A stretch of 59,194 bases of DNA from Octopus bimaculoides (Eukaryota): contig NC_068982.1 in assembly GCF_001194135.2 (NCBI RefSeq), forward strand, positions 27,529,237-27,588,430, given 5' to 3'. Below the pieces are notes generated by a model, which did no database searches, was not told where the DNA came from, and worked only from the letters and a program-made list of their open reading frames with translations. This document shows, in pieces, positions 23,687 to 36,508 of the stretch; the stretch's first letter is position 1; every line of letters starts with the position of its first letter. Made by a program: the position numbers and the translations under genes.

Positions 23687-24254
23687 ATGGGTTGGAGGCC
23701 CAACATTCTAAGTTCTTTTACAGGGCTTAAAAAAACTGCAGGACTGCTGCAATAAGTATGTGAATCTGAAAGGGGAATATGTTGAATAAAATCATAAATA
23801 TCTCATCCTCCTGTATTTTCTTTTACCTAAAGCCAGGAACTTTTCAGCACCCCCTTGTATATCTGCCTGTACAGTAGCACTTTTAGTACAGCACTATAAT
23901 GATAATGGTAGTTTGCACATGTACAGTGATACAGTAATAATAGTAAACTTTATAACGCAGTTGATACAGATGGATTTCAATACACCTTTCATCTGATATG
24001 ACAATTTGACTGTCAGTACAGGTGTACCTTTCTAAATTCAACATTTTCATAAATGATTGTTTTTGTAAAATCTTAACAATTCGAGCTCTTACATGTGAAA
24101 ATGAAAAGTTTACCGATTGTGGCCAATCATAAAATTTCATTTTGTTTATTTGATTGTGTTGTTGTTGTTGTTGATGATGATGATGTTGTTGTTGTTTTTG
24201 GAGGTGACAGTGGTATGGAGGAGGAAGAGGAGGTGGTGGAAGTTATATAGTTGA

Positions 24255-24780
24255 ATAACCACTCAGAAACTCGAGTCCATGTGTATCATGTAAGGCTAGA
24301 GATGGGAACCCTCTAGAGATGACCTCCCCTCGCAAATACTAATCAGGCACAGAATGTGTCACTAGCCAGTTGGAGGAGATGTCTTCCTGGGGATATAAAT
24401 GTCAGTAGCACTGTCCTGCATAGGACACCACACTTGGTTGGCAATTATATGTTACGTTTCTGTACTGCTACTGTTTATATCTTGTTCAGAGATTTAATAT
24501 AGCTTGTTTCTCCCTTTTTGAGATCAGCGACAGTTTATCGCTGGAAAAAGCATATAGTATTTTGCGAGTGAAATGAGTTTTCATCACTAGCTTGTGATTA
24601 ACATACACTGAGGATGGGTAACCATCCAGAAACTTGGGTCCATGTGTATCACATAAGGCTAGAGATGGGTGCGATGACCCCCCCACTGCAAATACTAATC
24701 AGACACAGAATGTGTGTCATTAGCCAGCTGGCAGAGATGTCTTCCTGAGGCTATAAACATCAGTAGCACTGTCCTGTATA
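24255..24780 (+). mobile_element. About 1.4 copies of a 363-nt hammerhead-delimited unit (retrozyme/pLTR-like)
   Basis: About 150-nt direct repeat starting gaaactcgagtc|catgtgtatc (24266) and gaaacttgggtc|catgtgtatc (24629); full core in the second copy. Confidence 0.65.
24601..24650 (+). ncRNA. Minimal hammerhead ribozyme motif, stem I degenerate
   Basis: CUGAGGA 24608-24614, stem II tgggt-aacc-atcca, GAAA 24629-24632, stem III ctcgag-derived, GUC 24638-24640. Confidence 0.6.
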
Positions 24781-25559
24781 TATATATAACACCTTGAGAA
24801 GTGTCTTCTACTCAAGGTGTCACGCAGTGGGACTGAACCCAGAACTATGTGATTGGTAACCAAGCTACTTACCACACAGCCACTCCTGCACATGATAGTT
24901 TATCTTAAGAATGACATTGTAGGTTAGGTGTGACAGGCTGGACTTGGCCTGTTTGAACATAAAACGGGTAGAATATTGGGACTGGACTTAGCAAGATTCA
25001 GCCAGATCAGCCCAATTTAGCTGGATTTAGCCCGATTTAGCTAGTTTAGCTAATGAAATATTAAGAGAAAAACAATAATAATTGTGAGTGTAAATTTATT
25101 TTTCCCATCATTCCTGCATTCAATATAAATAATAATCATAACAGTCACCTTCCAATTTTAGCTTCTGCTCATTCATTGTCTACCAAACTATCATGTTAAA
25201 AGTTTTATTTACAAGACTTATGTCAACATACAAACTGTCTTTGAAGTACAACAGCAAAAGGAGGAAGTAAATAATTTATAAACGGATGATGTGTATTAAT
25301 AATTCTGATGTCACGAGGAATGTGTGTGTCGCAGTTTTAGAAGTGTTTCCTTTCTTGCTGTGATATTGAAGTGTTTATTTCAATTGAGTGAAAAACAAAA
25401 ACAAATGCTAACTAACATGGGCAATATCTGTCACTGAAGATTTTTTACATTTTATTTCTTGTGTATCTTTCATTCTTTCTCATAAAAACTAATAATATTA
25501 ATAAAAAAAAAAATAAAGGAAGATTTAAAGGGAGATTCAATTTTATTTAAAGTGTTATC

Positions 25560-26490
25560 AAGTTGTACCTATGCTGCATGGCAGTGAAACATAGACTATG
25601 AGAGCCAAGGACATGTGTAGGCTTGAGAGAAATGAAGCCAGTATATTTCGCTGGATGTGCAATGTCAGTGTGCATGTTCGACAGAGTGTAAGTTAGGCAC
25701 AAGAGGAATCAGATGTGATATGCAAGAGAAACGACTGAGCTGGTATGATCATGTGATGCATATGGACGAGGACAGCTGTGTAAAGAAGTGCCAATCTCTA
25801 ACTGTAGAGGGAACCTGTGGAAGAGGTGGACCCAGGAAGACACAGGGCAAGGTGGTGATGCATTATCTTTGAACTTTGAGCCTCACAGAAGCAAAGACTA
25901 GTGACCCAGACCTCTGGCAATGTGTGTTGCTTGAGAGGACCCATCAAGCCAAATGCACTCATGCTGGTGGCATGTAAAGAACATCTTTTGAATGTTGGGC
26001 CTCGCAGAAACAAAGTGGCTGAGTTCCTTTTGAGTGTTGGGCCACACGGAGGGAAAATGGCTGAGTTCCTTTCAAGCATTGGGCCTCACAGAGGTAAAGT
26101 GGCTGAGTTCCTTTCAAGCATTGGGCCTCACAGAGGTAAAGTGGCTGAGTTCCTTTCAAGTGTTGGGCCTCATGGAGGCAATGACCTTTTGGCATTATGT
26201 TGTGCTTGGGAAGAAGATTCATCAAGCCGAGCAAAATTGCAGTTGTGGCAGATACCAGTGTTGCGCAAATTGGCACCTGTGCCAATGGCACATAAACGCA
26301 CCCTAGTGTCATGCAAATGGCACTTGTGCTGGTAGAACATAAAAGCACCCATTACACTCTCGGAGTAGTTGGTATTAGGAAGGACATCCAGCTGCAGAAA
26401 GCCATGCAAAATCAGACTAGTCTAGTGCAGCCTTCCAGCAAACTGCCCCAACCCATGCCGGCATGTACAACAAACATTAAATGATGATGA
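25560..26490 (+). mobile_element. RTE-clade LINE 3' fragment (RT C-terminus and 3' UTR)
   Basis: HGSET..RLERNEASIFRWMCNV..KLGTRGIRCDMQEKRLSWYDHVMHMDEDSCVKKC..VEGTCGRGGPRKT, then the family tail and (GAT)n. Confidence 0.88.
25982..26190. repeat. 42-bp minisatellite, about 4.5 copies
   Basis: Unit gtggctgagttcctttcaagcattgggcctcacagaggtaaa from 26015. Confidence 0.9.
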
Positions 26491-26736
26491 CAATGTTGTT
26501 GTATTTCAGGATGTGTTTTTTTTTATTTGTGAAATAAACACATGCACTATATATTTGTTCTTCACTCATTTATTACTGTTCTTATTCTAACTCATGCTCA
26601 TTGTCTGGAAATCTTTCGTCACACATCTCTTTTGCCAAACTGCTATGTTATGGGGATGTAAATACACCATCATCGGTTGTCAAGTGATGGTGGGGGAACA
26701 GACATAAGGCACACACACACACACACACACACATAA

Positions 26737-26777
<41 letters not shown>

Positions 26778-27279
26778 CTGGTTGGCCAGAAGGCAACCAG
26801 TCTTATATTCTTACAATTCTACCAATCCTCCAGCCTGGCTTATTACTTTTGTTATTGACCCACCCCAAGAATGAAAAGCAAAATTAACGTCTGAAGGATT
26901 TGGGATTTGAACTCAGACAGCAAAGAATTAGAACAAATACCATGAGGCATTCTACCCCCATTTAAGCTCTTTGCACTTTAAGGAGCATCAATGATCAATG
27001 ACTCTTTTTTACTGTTCTCAGTTTTGGGCTGCCTTTTCTGTTGCTAGTGGCAACCCTGCTTTTACACTTCTGCTTCCTTTCAGATTTTACTGCACTGGAT
27101 CATATGTTTTCCTGGGGGGAGGTCAATTTAAATATTAACAGAAAATATTTGTAGAAATGTATTTTTTTTCTTTTTCTTTTGTCTGCTTGTTCACACATCT
27201 ACATGAATATATTTACATTGTTTGAGGTTTATTTAAATGCTTATTTTTTATGTCGGAAATAAAAGCCTTCAATAAAAAT

Positions 27280-28135
27280 CTCCCCTCCAACATGGACCAG
27301 TTCCAATAGGAGTTGGATGAAGCTCTCCAACACTAGAAGGAATTGAGCTTGTCTGCTCCTGAAGAGGTGGAGGACTGTTGGAGTCAGAGAGCTTGGAACA
27401 ACATAATTCCGAAGGCCACCGTCAACTCCCTTTTCATCCAGTCAGACCAGTTTTCAAGGTGCTGCTTACTGTCTGCTAGCACCAAATACTCAAGTGACTA
27501 GATTGATACCATCCCTGTGGCTAATGTTGGTGGCCTACTCAGCTTGGATGAACTTCGTGTCTCCATTGCCCTCAGAATGAGAGCTAACATATGCACAAGT
27601 TTGATCTGTCATTGCGGCAGGCTCCTTGACTCCACAGGCATCCATGGTCTTTCTTTCCACCTGAATGCTGGTCACTTTGCGCATCATATGGAATTGAACC
27701 TGACACTCAAGAGGAGCTTGGCCCAGGCAAACATCCCCTCCATTTTGGGATTATCTGGATTGTCCAGATGTGATGGGAAGAGACCTGACGGCCTCACCCT
27801 GTGTCCCTGGTTGCGAGGCAGATGCCTTGTCTAGGATGTCACAGTAAGCGACTCCTTTGCTTCTTCTCACATCCTGGATGCTGCAGTCAGGGCGAGATCC
27901 ACAGCTTCTGTGACCAAGGGAAACAAAATCTTGAAATGCTGCAATCTGTCAGCCAACTAAATTTTCCATCCTGTGGCGTTCAAGACATTTGGTGAGGTCG
28001 GACCACTGGCAACTTGCCTAACAGAAGTAACTGGTGAGACTCGTGAGGGCACTTGGCTGTTCCAGCACATCAGCCTCGCCATCACCTGCGGCAACGCTGT
28101 AAGTGTGCTGGTGTACCTCAATAGCCATTAGAGAG
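27280..28135 (+). mobile_element. CRE-clade non-LTR retrotransposon 3' remnant (zinc knuckle and restriction-like endonuclease)
   Basis: LRVSIALRM..ICHCG..HGLS..H.ELN.TLKRSL..DGKRPDG..W..DVTV..PVAFKTFG..WLFQHISLAI..GNA; few stops. Confidence 0.88.
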
Positions 28136-29289
28136 GTTTCCCAGCACCCCCAACTTTTTAAACCAAGGTGGTGAATTGCTTTTTACTTCTCTTTTTGCTT
28201 TTTAATTTTTTTCAATTGTGTTCTCTGTTTTGTCCAATTTCCTCGTTTAATTTTGTAAAACGGTAAACACTGGGAAGGCAATAAAAAACAAAATTTCAGC
28301 AAAGAAAGAAAAACAAAGAAAAACACAACAAAAATTTATTCTGATGTGATTTGTTACCAGTCAAAATTGGAGAAATAGTGTAGATGACATTATTAATTAA
28401 TTCCAAAAGGATTTTAGAGGTTTTGGAAATAGAGAAAGAAGTATGTTGAATTTTTCTCTGATAAAAAGCCTTGTCCAAAAAGTTTAACCTTCATCTTACA
28501 TAGCACAGCAACAGGTTTTTATTTGTATGATCCAATTCGTGTCGATGCCGACTATCTTTAGAATATACTTATTTCGCAAGCGTTATCTATATATTTAATA
28601 ATACCATAAAAATTGAGTAGAGTATATTTTTGTGTTCTGAGTTATCCTCCAAGGGCACTTACTACAACGGTGTATATCACATTACAAATTACATAATGTT
28701 TTTTTTATATTCTTCTTGCTATGTTCTTACGTTCGTATCATCGTAATCGTTCGATAGACAGCTGGCTTGCCTACATTTGGTTACTTTTATATTGACAATT
28801 ATATTAAATTACTTATTGAGATTGAAAACATTGATTTTGAAGTTCGTAGAGTCATTGTTAAAATGTTTTTAAATAACCTTGTTTGTTTGTTTAATGTATG
28901 TATAGACATACATTTATACACACACACACACATGACAGACACGCAGGCAGAGACAGAGAGATTTTCAGTGAAAGAGAAATTAGCGAAAATTAACAATTAA
29001 ATTATTATCAACAAAGCAGTCTCTCTTCCATTCTTTCCGACACACAAATGTAGATTGCCTTATATATTTACTATTAATTACACTTGATTTCTCCGTCTTG
29101 ATTCATGTACACGTATATCAACATATATTTGTAAACACGTCTGATACACACACACTTACATGTATATGTATATATAGAAGAAGACAGTGTGTGTGTGTGT
29201 GTGTGCAATTATAATGCTAAATATAGAAATTATCTGCTGTGTATGTGAGTGTGTGTATATTTATAATATTCAAGAGCTGACTATTTGAC

Positions 29290-29685
29290 AACAGACAGTA
29301 TCGCGAAGTGTCCGACAAACAAGTTAATGTTTGTAACTCGTGACTGAAGGAATTGGGTGATGCCTTAGTCCTGAAATGGTACAGATCCACAATAGATAAC
29401 CAAGCTCGGAGCTGCCTGTCTCGGTAGCTCGTATTTTTCTTCCTCGCTTTTAACTTTACGAGAGCGAGACGGGCTCGCTTCTTTGGTTTCTTATTAATAT
29501 TACTTTTATTTTTAATTCTGTTCTCAATCTAAAAGCGACAGAGGCTTATTTTATATTTGAGGAGGACTTAACTGAAACATTTATTCGATTTACTACATAT
29601 AAAAAAGAAAGGCAAAGAGCTTCTTTCCTCGTTAATTTGTTTTATTCTCATCCATCAACTTTTACTTAAATCCAAAACAAGAAAA
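29290..29685 (+). promoter_or_regulatory. CpG-enriched promoter and probable non-coding first exon of the copper transporter
   Basis: Local CpG enrichment; about 300 nt without ATG (29381-29685) ending at donor AAAA|gtaagt (29686); GC-box-like gcccgcccc near 29739. Linkage to exon 43096 is inferred. Confidence 0.45.
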
Positions 29686-32600
29686 GTAAGTATCTGATGT
29701 TAATGTTATTTTTTCCGTTGTTGACATTGGAAGGACACTGCCCGCCCCTAATATGCAATGCTAATTGCACTTTAAATAATTATATCCTTAAATCCATATT
29801 TTCCGAGATGTGTACGCTTATTATTTTTTAAATATAATTTAAATTTGTATTTAATTTTATTTCTAAACTTACATTTTCATTTGTAGAATTTAAGATACTT
29901 TCTGTGTTTGTAGATTGAAACTTAGGTTTTCGTTTAACATTATAAGTATTTTTCGCTACATTATCGCCAGTTATTTATTTACAGAACACTGCCTATTTTA
30001 TTCTACAGTGACATATTAGTAATATTATTATTCGGTGGTTATTTAATTTTAGTGTGTGTGTGTTCCCAGCAACCAGGCAGTTTGCAAACTGTGTCGGATG
30101 TTAAATGACACTTAGATACTTAAAAGCACTCGACTGCTTTTAAGAGACTTGGAATCTTGTTTCAACCTTCATCTCGATGTAATTTCTTTTCTGCTTTGTT
30201 TATTTATTCATTTATTTATTACGAATGTATAATATATAAGGATAGGAGATATATGCAAGGAAGGAAACCTGCTTGTGGAAAATCTGTTACCTGCCGCGCA
30301 TTTACAGCCCTAGAAACTTAATTTTTTTTTTTCATGTAATTATCTCAGATGCATCACCCTACACTCGTGAAACACTATCGAGATAACAGTAAAGACGAAA
30401 CTGTTTTACAGAATCTAGTTCGGTATGCATTGTTGTGAGATCCAATCCAGCTGTGGACGAATTTATGTTTCGTCTTTTCGAGGCCAATAACAACCAATAG
30501 GCACTATCCCACTGAATATACCTTTGTTTTTATCTTTGAAAAAAGTTTTATGCCTATCAAAATAAACCTTCATCAGCACCACCATCTGTAAATTGCTCTG
30601 TCCAAATGTATTCATATACTTGATCTAGAATGTTGTTACCCAATAGAACTAAATATTTTGAAAGCTAAGTAATATAGAACGGAAATAATCAAATGCTTTA
30701 ACACTGAAAATATAAGCTATGAATACAAAATACCGACTTGTTCTGTAAGTAAAGTAGCCTGTGTCTGGGGTGGATCGTTCAATCAATTTAAAATTTTGAA
30801 AAAAAAAAAAAAAATTAATAGAAGGGTTCCGAAGAGTGGTAGATATCAGAAAGAACAGTGTGTATAGTTTGAAATAGGGGTGAGAAAGTAAGAAAGAGAG
30901 AGAGACAGAGAGAGAGCATAAGTTGTTGAATAATCGCAGGTTATTTAAATTGCTAAAGTATGATAACATACTTTATTATGATAAAATGCAGAAAATGTGC
31001 TACATTATTAATATGAATGACATATTGTGCACTCCATAAGATAGTATTCAATGGTAGTATGCATTAGAAAACGAACACTAGTTCTAAAACATCGTAGATT
31101 ACCATATTGTTGATGTCCTACAATGAACTTCAGAAGCATATCCCACTAATTTTGGTGTTCGCTCATCACTCTTTTGTTTGGGGATACCAGGTGAGTCTAT
31201 GCTAACTGGCCTGCGTTAGACAGCACGTTGTAGTTGCACTCACTATTGATTTTTTAAGACGTGTGCTTTTTAAAGGGTGTAATTTCAGGGAGACTTAGCT
31301 ACTATTTCTGGCAGATCAAGCGACCATGTAGTGGATCCTTATTAGTTCATCTTCCCGTATGTAAATATTTGTATTGTCAGTTTATCAAATAAGGCACAGA
31401 GCCGTCTTCAGGTACGGGCACACAGGGCAGTGAACTCGAATGCCTAAACTTTAGGGTCCAACCCTAATTTTTGTATGCTGTGGTTTGCTGTCAGTAAAGG
31501 TATAGTGTTCCTTCCTGGAAACAGCGTATTGTTTACTCGGACGCCTATAGTGCTGTTAGGGTGGTAGGTGGGGTTATGTCTATTGGGAATTGTTAATGTT
31601 ATTACGGATGAGGTATTATTGTATTAAGAATAAGAGATCGTTTACGTTATTTGTAGAAAAGGGGACAGATTATTATTGATTGGTGAAGAGAGTTGGAGGA
31701 ATTGATTAACGGAACTTGAGAAGTTGAGGGAAAAGCATTACACAAACACAGGGGAAGTTCTAAACATGAAGCTTCTTACTTAGAAGTTTGGTCCTTGGAG
31801 TAATCCATAGAGAGAAGAGATAGCTTGGTCATAAAATATGCGTGTCATAGATTGTCAATAACTTAAATATATCAAAACATAATGACTAGTGGTTTCACTA
31901 TTGTTAGCATATTTCTGTAGAATCACACTGGTTTTGCTCCAAGTAATTTTTAAAATAATGAAGAATTTAGGAAAAGAACTTTCTTATTATTAAGCTAGTG
32001 TTTGGGCCATAGATTAACACGAAATGTTGAAGGAAATTTTTACTTTAAATCCCTTTAAAATAGGAAGTTTGTATCATAGAACCAGAGGCAGTCTTGGGAG
32101 GGTTGGGATCAAAATGGTTAAAAACTGGTTGTCCCACCAAAAGAAAAAGAAATAAAAGTATGAAAACAAGAAACCTATTAACAAAATTCAGTCTACATCA
32201 GCCAAAAGCTGCTACTGTCATATTCTTCTTTGACAGAAGAAAAAGTTTTGTGCGACAAGAGATACTTTATAAAACATCTACAGTTAGATTCAATGTTTAC
32301 TTCTAGAAGAAGCATAAAATCTATTACTAGAAGTTGAAACAGATTCTAGAGAGTCAAATTCCAAACCAGAAAATGCATTTAATATGCAAAAAAGCACACA
32401 TATTTAGTAGAAATAAGAACTCTAACCACACATTCTAATAAAAACTCATACATTCAGTATTAAATATACATACACGCCAGAGTACAAATATAATTGTTTT
32501 CAACATAGGCACAAGAGCACAAGTTTGGGTAGAAAGGTTAGTTGATTAAATGAACTCCAGATCTTGATTGGTACTTTATTTTACAACCCCAAAAGAATGA

Positions 32601-33346
32601 AAGGCAAAGTCAACCATGGCAGTGTTTGAACTCAAATTATAAAGACAGACGAAATGCTGTTAAGCATTTTGTCTAGCATGCTAATGATTCTGCCAGCTCA
32701 TTGCCTTAATTACAGGTATAATAATTGTTTCTAATTAAGGCATAACACTAGCAATTTTGTGCTGAGGGAATTAGTCAGTGCCATTAGCTCTGTTACTTGA
32801 TTGTTACTATGTTTTATCAACCTCAGTGTTTGACTGGAACTATACTTTATTGACCCTAGGGGGATGAAAGGCAAAGTTGATTTTTGACAGGATTTGAAAC
32901 CAAACAGTAAAGAGCCAGAAGGGTACAGATATAATCTTTTCTACTATAGGCACAAGGCCTGAAATTTTTGGGGAGGGGTTAGTTAATTGCTCAACTAGTA
33001 CTTATTTTATTGACCTTGAAAGGATGAAAAGTAAAGTTTACCATGGCAGAATCTGAACTCAGAACATAAAGATGGATGAAATGCCACTAAGCATTTTGTC
33101 TGACATGCTAATGACTCTGCCGGCTCACCACCTCAGCTACAAATATAACAATGGTTTCAAATTTTGGCACAAGGCCAGCAATTTCAGACCTCAGTTTAAT
33201 GGCTTTCGGATTTAACAGACCACACAAATAATAATACAATACATTGATAAATAATCATTGAAAATAAAAATGACATGATCAGACGATCTAAGATTATCAG
33301 TTTCATTGAGATAAACTGAAGATATGAACTTCAGAGAGAGAGAGAA

Positions 33347-33390
<44 letters not shown>

Positions 33391-34059
33391 TTGTAGTATA
33401 TGATATGGATTCAGAGAATCATGTGACTATCATAGAAAAGCTCCTCTAATAGACTTTGCTATCAGACCATATAATAATCTAATAGAGAAAAGTGTAATTC
33501 AGAGCATCCATGCAACTGAAATCCTGCAGAGTTGGTCAATGAAATTACCTCAGGAGGATATATATAAACCATAAAAAGTCAGGCAGTATGAGAGAGGAAT
33601 ATATTTAACAACTTGATATCCTTAGGATTATGGCCCTTTCACATGTAACCATGATATTAATGCAAATTTCTTTTACCTTTTACTAGTTTCAGTCATTTAA
33701 CTTTTGGCATGCTGGGGCACTGCCTTGGAGAAATTTTGGTAGAATAAATTGACCCCAGTATTTAATTTTTTAAAGCTTGGCACTTATTCTATTGGTCTCT
33801 CTTACTGAACCTCTAAGTTATGAGGATGTAAATAAACCAACATCAGTTGTCAAGCAAAGACACACACACATTTATTTGACAGGCTTCTTTCTGTTTCCAT
33901 CTACCAAATCCACTCACAAGGCTTTGGTCAGCTCGAGGCTAAAGTAGAAAACACTTGCTCAAGGTGCCACGCAGTGAGACTGAACCCAGAACCATGTGGT
34001 TGGAAAGCAAACTTCTTACCATACAACCATGCCTTCACCTATAATTTTATTCCACACTG

Positions 34060-34213
34060 AAATTATTACTACATTATCTTGTAGCCTTAAGATTTCAATG
34101 ATGTGACTTTTTTTGAAATGACATTGTAAGGTAGGCGTGAGAAGCCTGATCTGGCCCATTTGATCATAAACAATTTGGACCTTATATGGCCAGTTTAAAT
34201 GCTAAAGGGTTAA
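34060..34213. mobile_element. piggyBac-like MITE, partial
   Basis: Ends tttaaatgctaaaggg|ttaa; family copies at about 24900-25050 and 52348-52550. Confidence 0.6.
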
Positions 34214-34559
34214 ACAAAACAGTGCAGGGGTAAGAGGACCTTTCTGTCTTGTATTGACAACCTCTCTAATGCTAGTGCTGCTATAAAGTGCACACTGTAA
34301 ATTACTGAAGCACGTGAAGGCATATGATGTAATTATCTTGAACCTTGGCACATCATCAGTCAGGTTTCTGCTCATTGATAACACAATGTCCTCCTCTTCA
34401 TATTCTTATTCTCAGAGAGACATTTTTGAAAATGTGTTTAAAATATAAGTACTGTACTTGATTTCGATATTTTATTTTCTAAGAAATAAAATAATTAAAT
34501 TAGGTGGGGGCTGTGGTATGGTGTGAGATGAAGATTTCACTAATATTCCGTAGCTGAAT

Positions 34560-34800
34560 GGAACAAAAACCCTGAAATATCAGGACCTGACAATGAACTA
34601 TCTCTTCCTGTGGCATTTGAGACATTTGAAGGGACTGGTCTACTAGCCATTAAGTTCTTGTCTTTGTTGGCAGCTCACCTCACCAAGACGCCAGATGATA
34701 CCTATGAGGGTGCTTGGCTTTTCCAATGCCTTAGCCCTGTCGTTGCCCATGATAATGCAGCAAGTACGCTGGCTTGCTTTAGTAGGTGTCATTGAACCTT
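34560..34800 (+). mobile_element. Short CRE-clade 3' fragment
   Basis: KYQDL..VAFETFEG..GAWLFQCLS.VVAHDNAAS, homologous to 27960-28120. Confidence 0.75.
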
Positions 34801-35971
34801 GGGCCGTGCAACCAATTGAAGCATTTGGTGCTGCATTGATGTTTTTTCTTTCACTTTCTTCTCTTTTTCTCCTCCTTTCTTTTCCACTTTTTTCCTTTTT
34901 TTTTTTTTTGTGTTGTGTCAATGACAATCTGGTATGAAAGTTTACCAAGAACTCTACAGTTTGGGAACACAGCCTCTGTTATCAAGCTGCAGTCATCTAC
35001 CTACACACAAAAATGTTGAATTTTTGATTATCAATAGAAATTAACATTGGAAACTATCTGATTATAAACTTCCCTTTTCTGATAAAACAACCAGTGATAT
35101 TAGCATACATTACATAATATCTGATAATAATTACCTCGTGGAATCCACTGTAATAAAATTAGGCCAATGAAAGTGATATAACAATTAATCATAAAGTACA
35201 CACACATTTTCTCAACCTTATGTAAACTGGGGCAGTGAGAGAGCCTCTCTATGGTTGTTTGAATTGCTAGAAATAAGAGCCAAAATTCCCTACTTTGTAA
35301 TCATATCTTAAAAAAGAGGTAGGGGGAACACACTGGATAATATAACCTTGAATAGTTTGAAATATCTCTAATTATAGGTCTGCTTGGCAGGGCTCTCTTA
35401 AGGCAGGGATATACTGGACAATTGCTTGAAAGTCCCACAAGTCTGGGACCCAATTCTGATCTATGTATGCTGTGGATTGCAGTCAATAAATGAATATTCT
35501 TTTCTGCTCTAGGCACAAAGCCCAAAATTTGGGGGAATGGGGCCAGTCGATTAGATTGACTCCAGTATGCAACTGGTACTTAATTTATCGACCCTGAAAA
35601 GATAAAAGGCAAAGTTGACCTCGACGGAATTTGAACTCAGAACGTAAAGACAAATGAAATACCACTAAGCATTTCACCCTGTGTGCTAATGTTTCTGCCA
35701 GCGTGCCACCTTCAATAAATGAATATTATGGAGTCCAGTGCATTGAGTTGCCTTGGGTCCTATATTGCTACTAAGATGGTCCTGTTGCTCAGTCAGAGCT
35801 GACCTGGGGCTAAACAACAAGTATATGTACCATACATAGCAAAGTATCATCTTTATTAGGAAATAACATTCTAACAAGAAGATTCATACTATTCCTTTAT
35901 CCATTAACTATTTACCATTCTCTCCAGCAGATCACCCATGTATATATGTGTATCATGCATATATGTTGGTG

Positions 35972-36508
35972 CAGTGGTTCTTAACTGGAGTTCATATGGC
36001 CCTTGGGGGTCCATATAAGATTTTATTGTTAAAACTTATCTGCAATAAATTGGTTATACTTCCACAATGTACAAAATATTTTACAAACTTCGTTTGTTTA
36101 TTTACGTTTGTCGTAATTTGAATTTAACATATGAGAGCATCTCATAAAGCGAGATTTATATATCTTAATTTGCAGAGGAATTTGTAGTGGGTAGTTTAGC
36201 TTAATCGGTCAAAGCATCGTGACGCATAATCACGGGGATGTGAGTTCGAGTCCACAGCTTACCACCTACACTTTTCTCTGCAAAATAGGGGTAGTTTATC
36301 TTGTTCAGGCTATATTATTAGCATTATTCTGCGATTGAGAATTTAAAATCACTTCTTTAACTTTAATAATTATATTTATACAATTTCTAATAATATTTAA
36401 TTATAAAAATATAATAGGATTTTTTTAACATTGACTAGCTAGGAGGGTCCACTTGAGTAAAACAGGAATCAAAGGAGTTCATAGGTAAAAAATGGTTGAG
36501 AAACACTG
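35972..36508. mobile_element. hAT MITE with perfect 8-bp TSD, carrying internal cargo
   Basis: cagtggttct...agaaacactg; TSD tgttggtg at 35964-35971 and 36509-36516. Confidence 0.9.
36190..36264 (+). pseudogene. tRNA-Met(CAT)-like sequence
   Basis: D-stem gctt/aagc, anticodon stem cgtga/tcacg with CAT at 36225-36227, T-loop ttcgagt. G at position 33 and bulged T and acceptor stems argue against a functional tRNA. Confidence 0.65.

Noticed and set aside
25798-26409. Overlapping ORFs of 79-144 aa with 14-aa repeats
   Set aside because: Stop-poor 42-bp minisatellite inside a dead LINE.
29201-29207. Metal-response element (TGCRCNC) near the promoter; another at about 31236
   Set aside because: One is the end of a (GT)n tract, the other lies in a common repeat; a 7-mer is not significant.
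29340-29385. ctgaagga...tgaaa hammerhead-like spacing
   Set aside because: Core is not CUGANGA and no stems I or III form.
30118-30143. Small hairpin cttaaaagca-ctcgac-tgcttttaag
   Set aside because: A 10-bp stem alone supports no function.
31098-31190. Possible extra exon ending CAG|gtgagt, encoding MSYNELQKH...
   Set aside because: Phase 2 end is out of frame with exon 43096, and the donor abuts a repeat.
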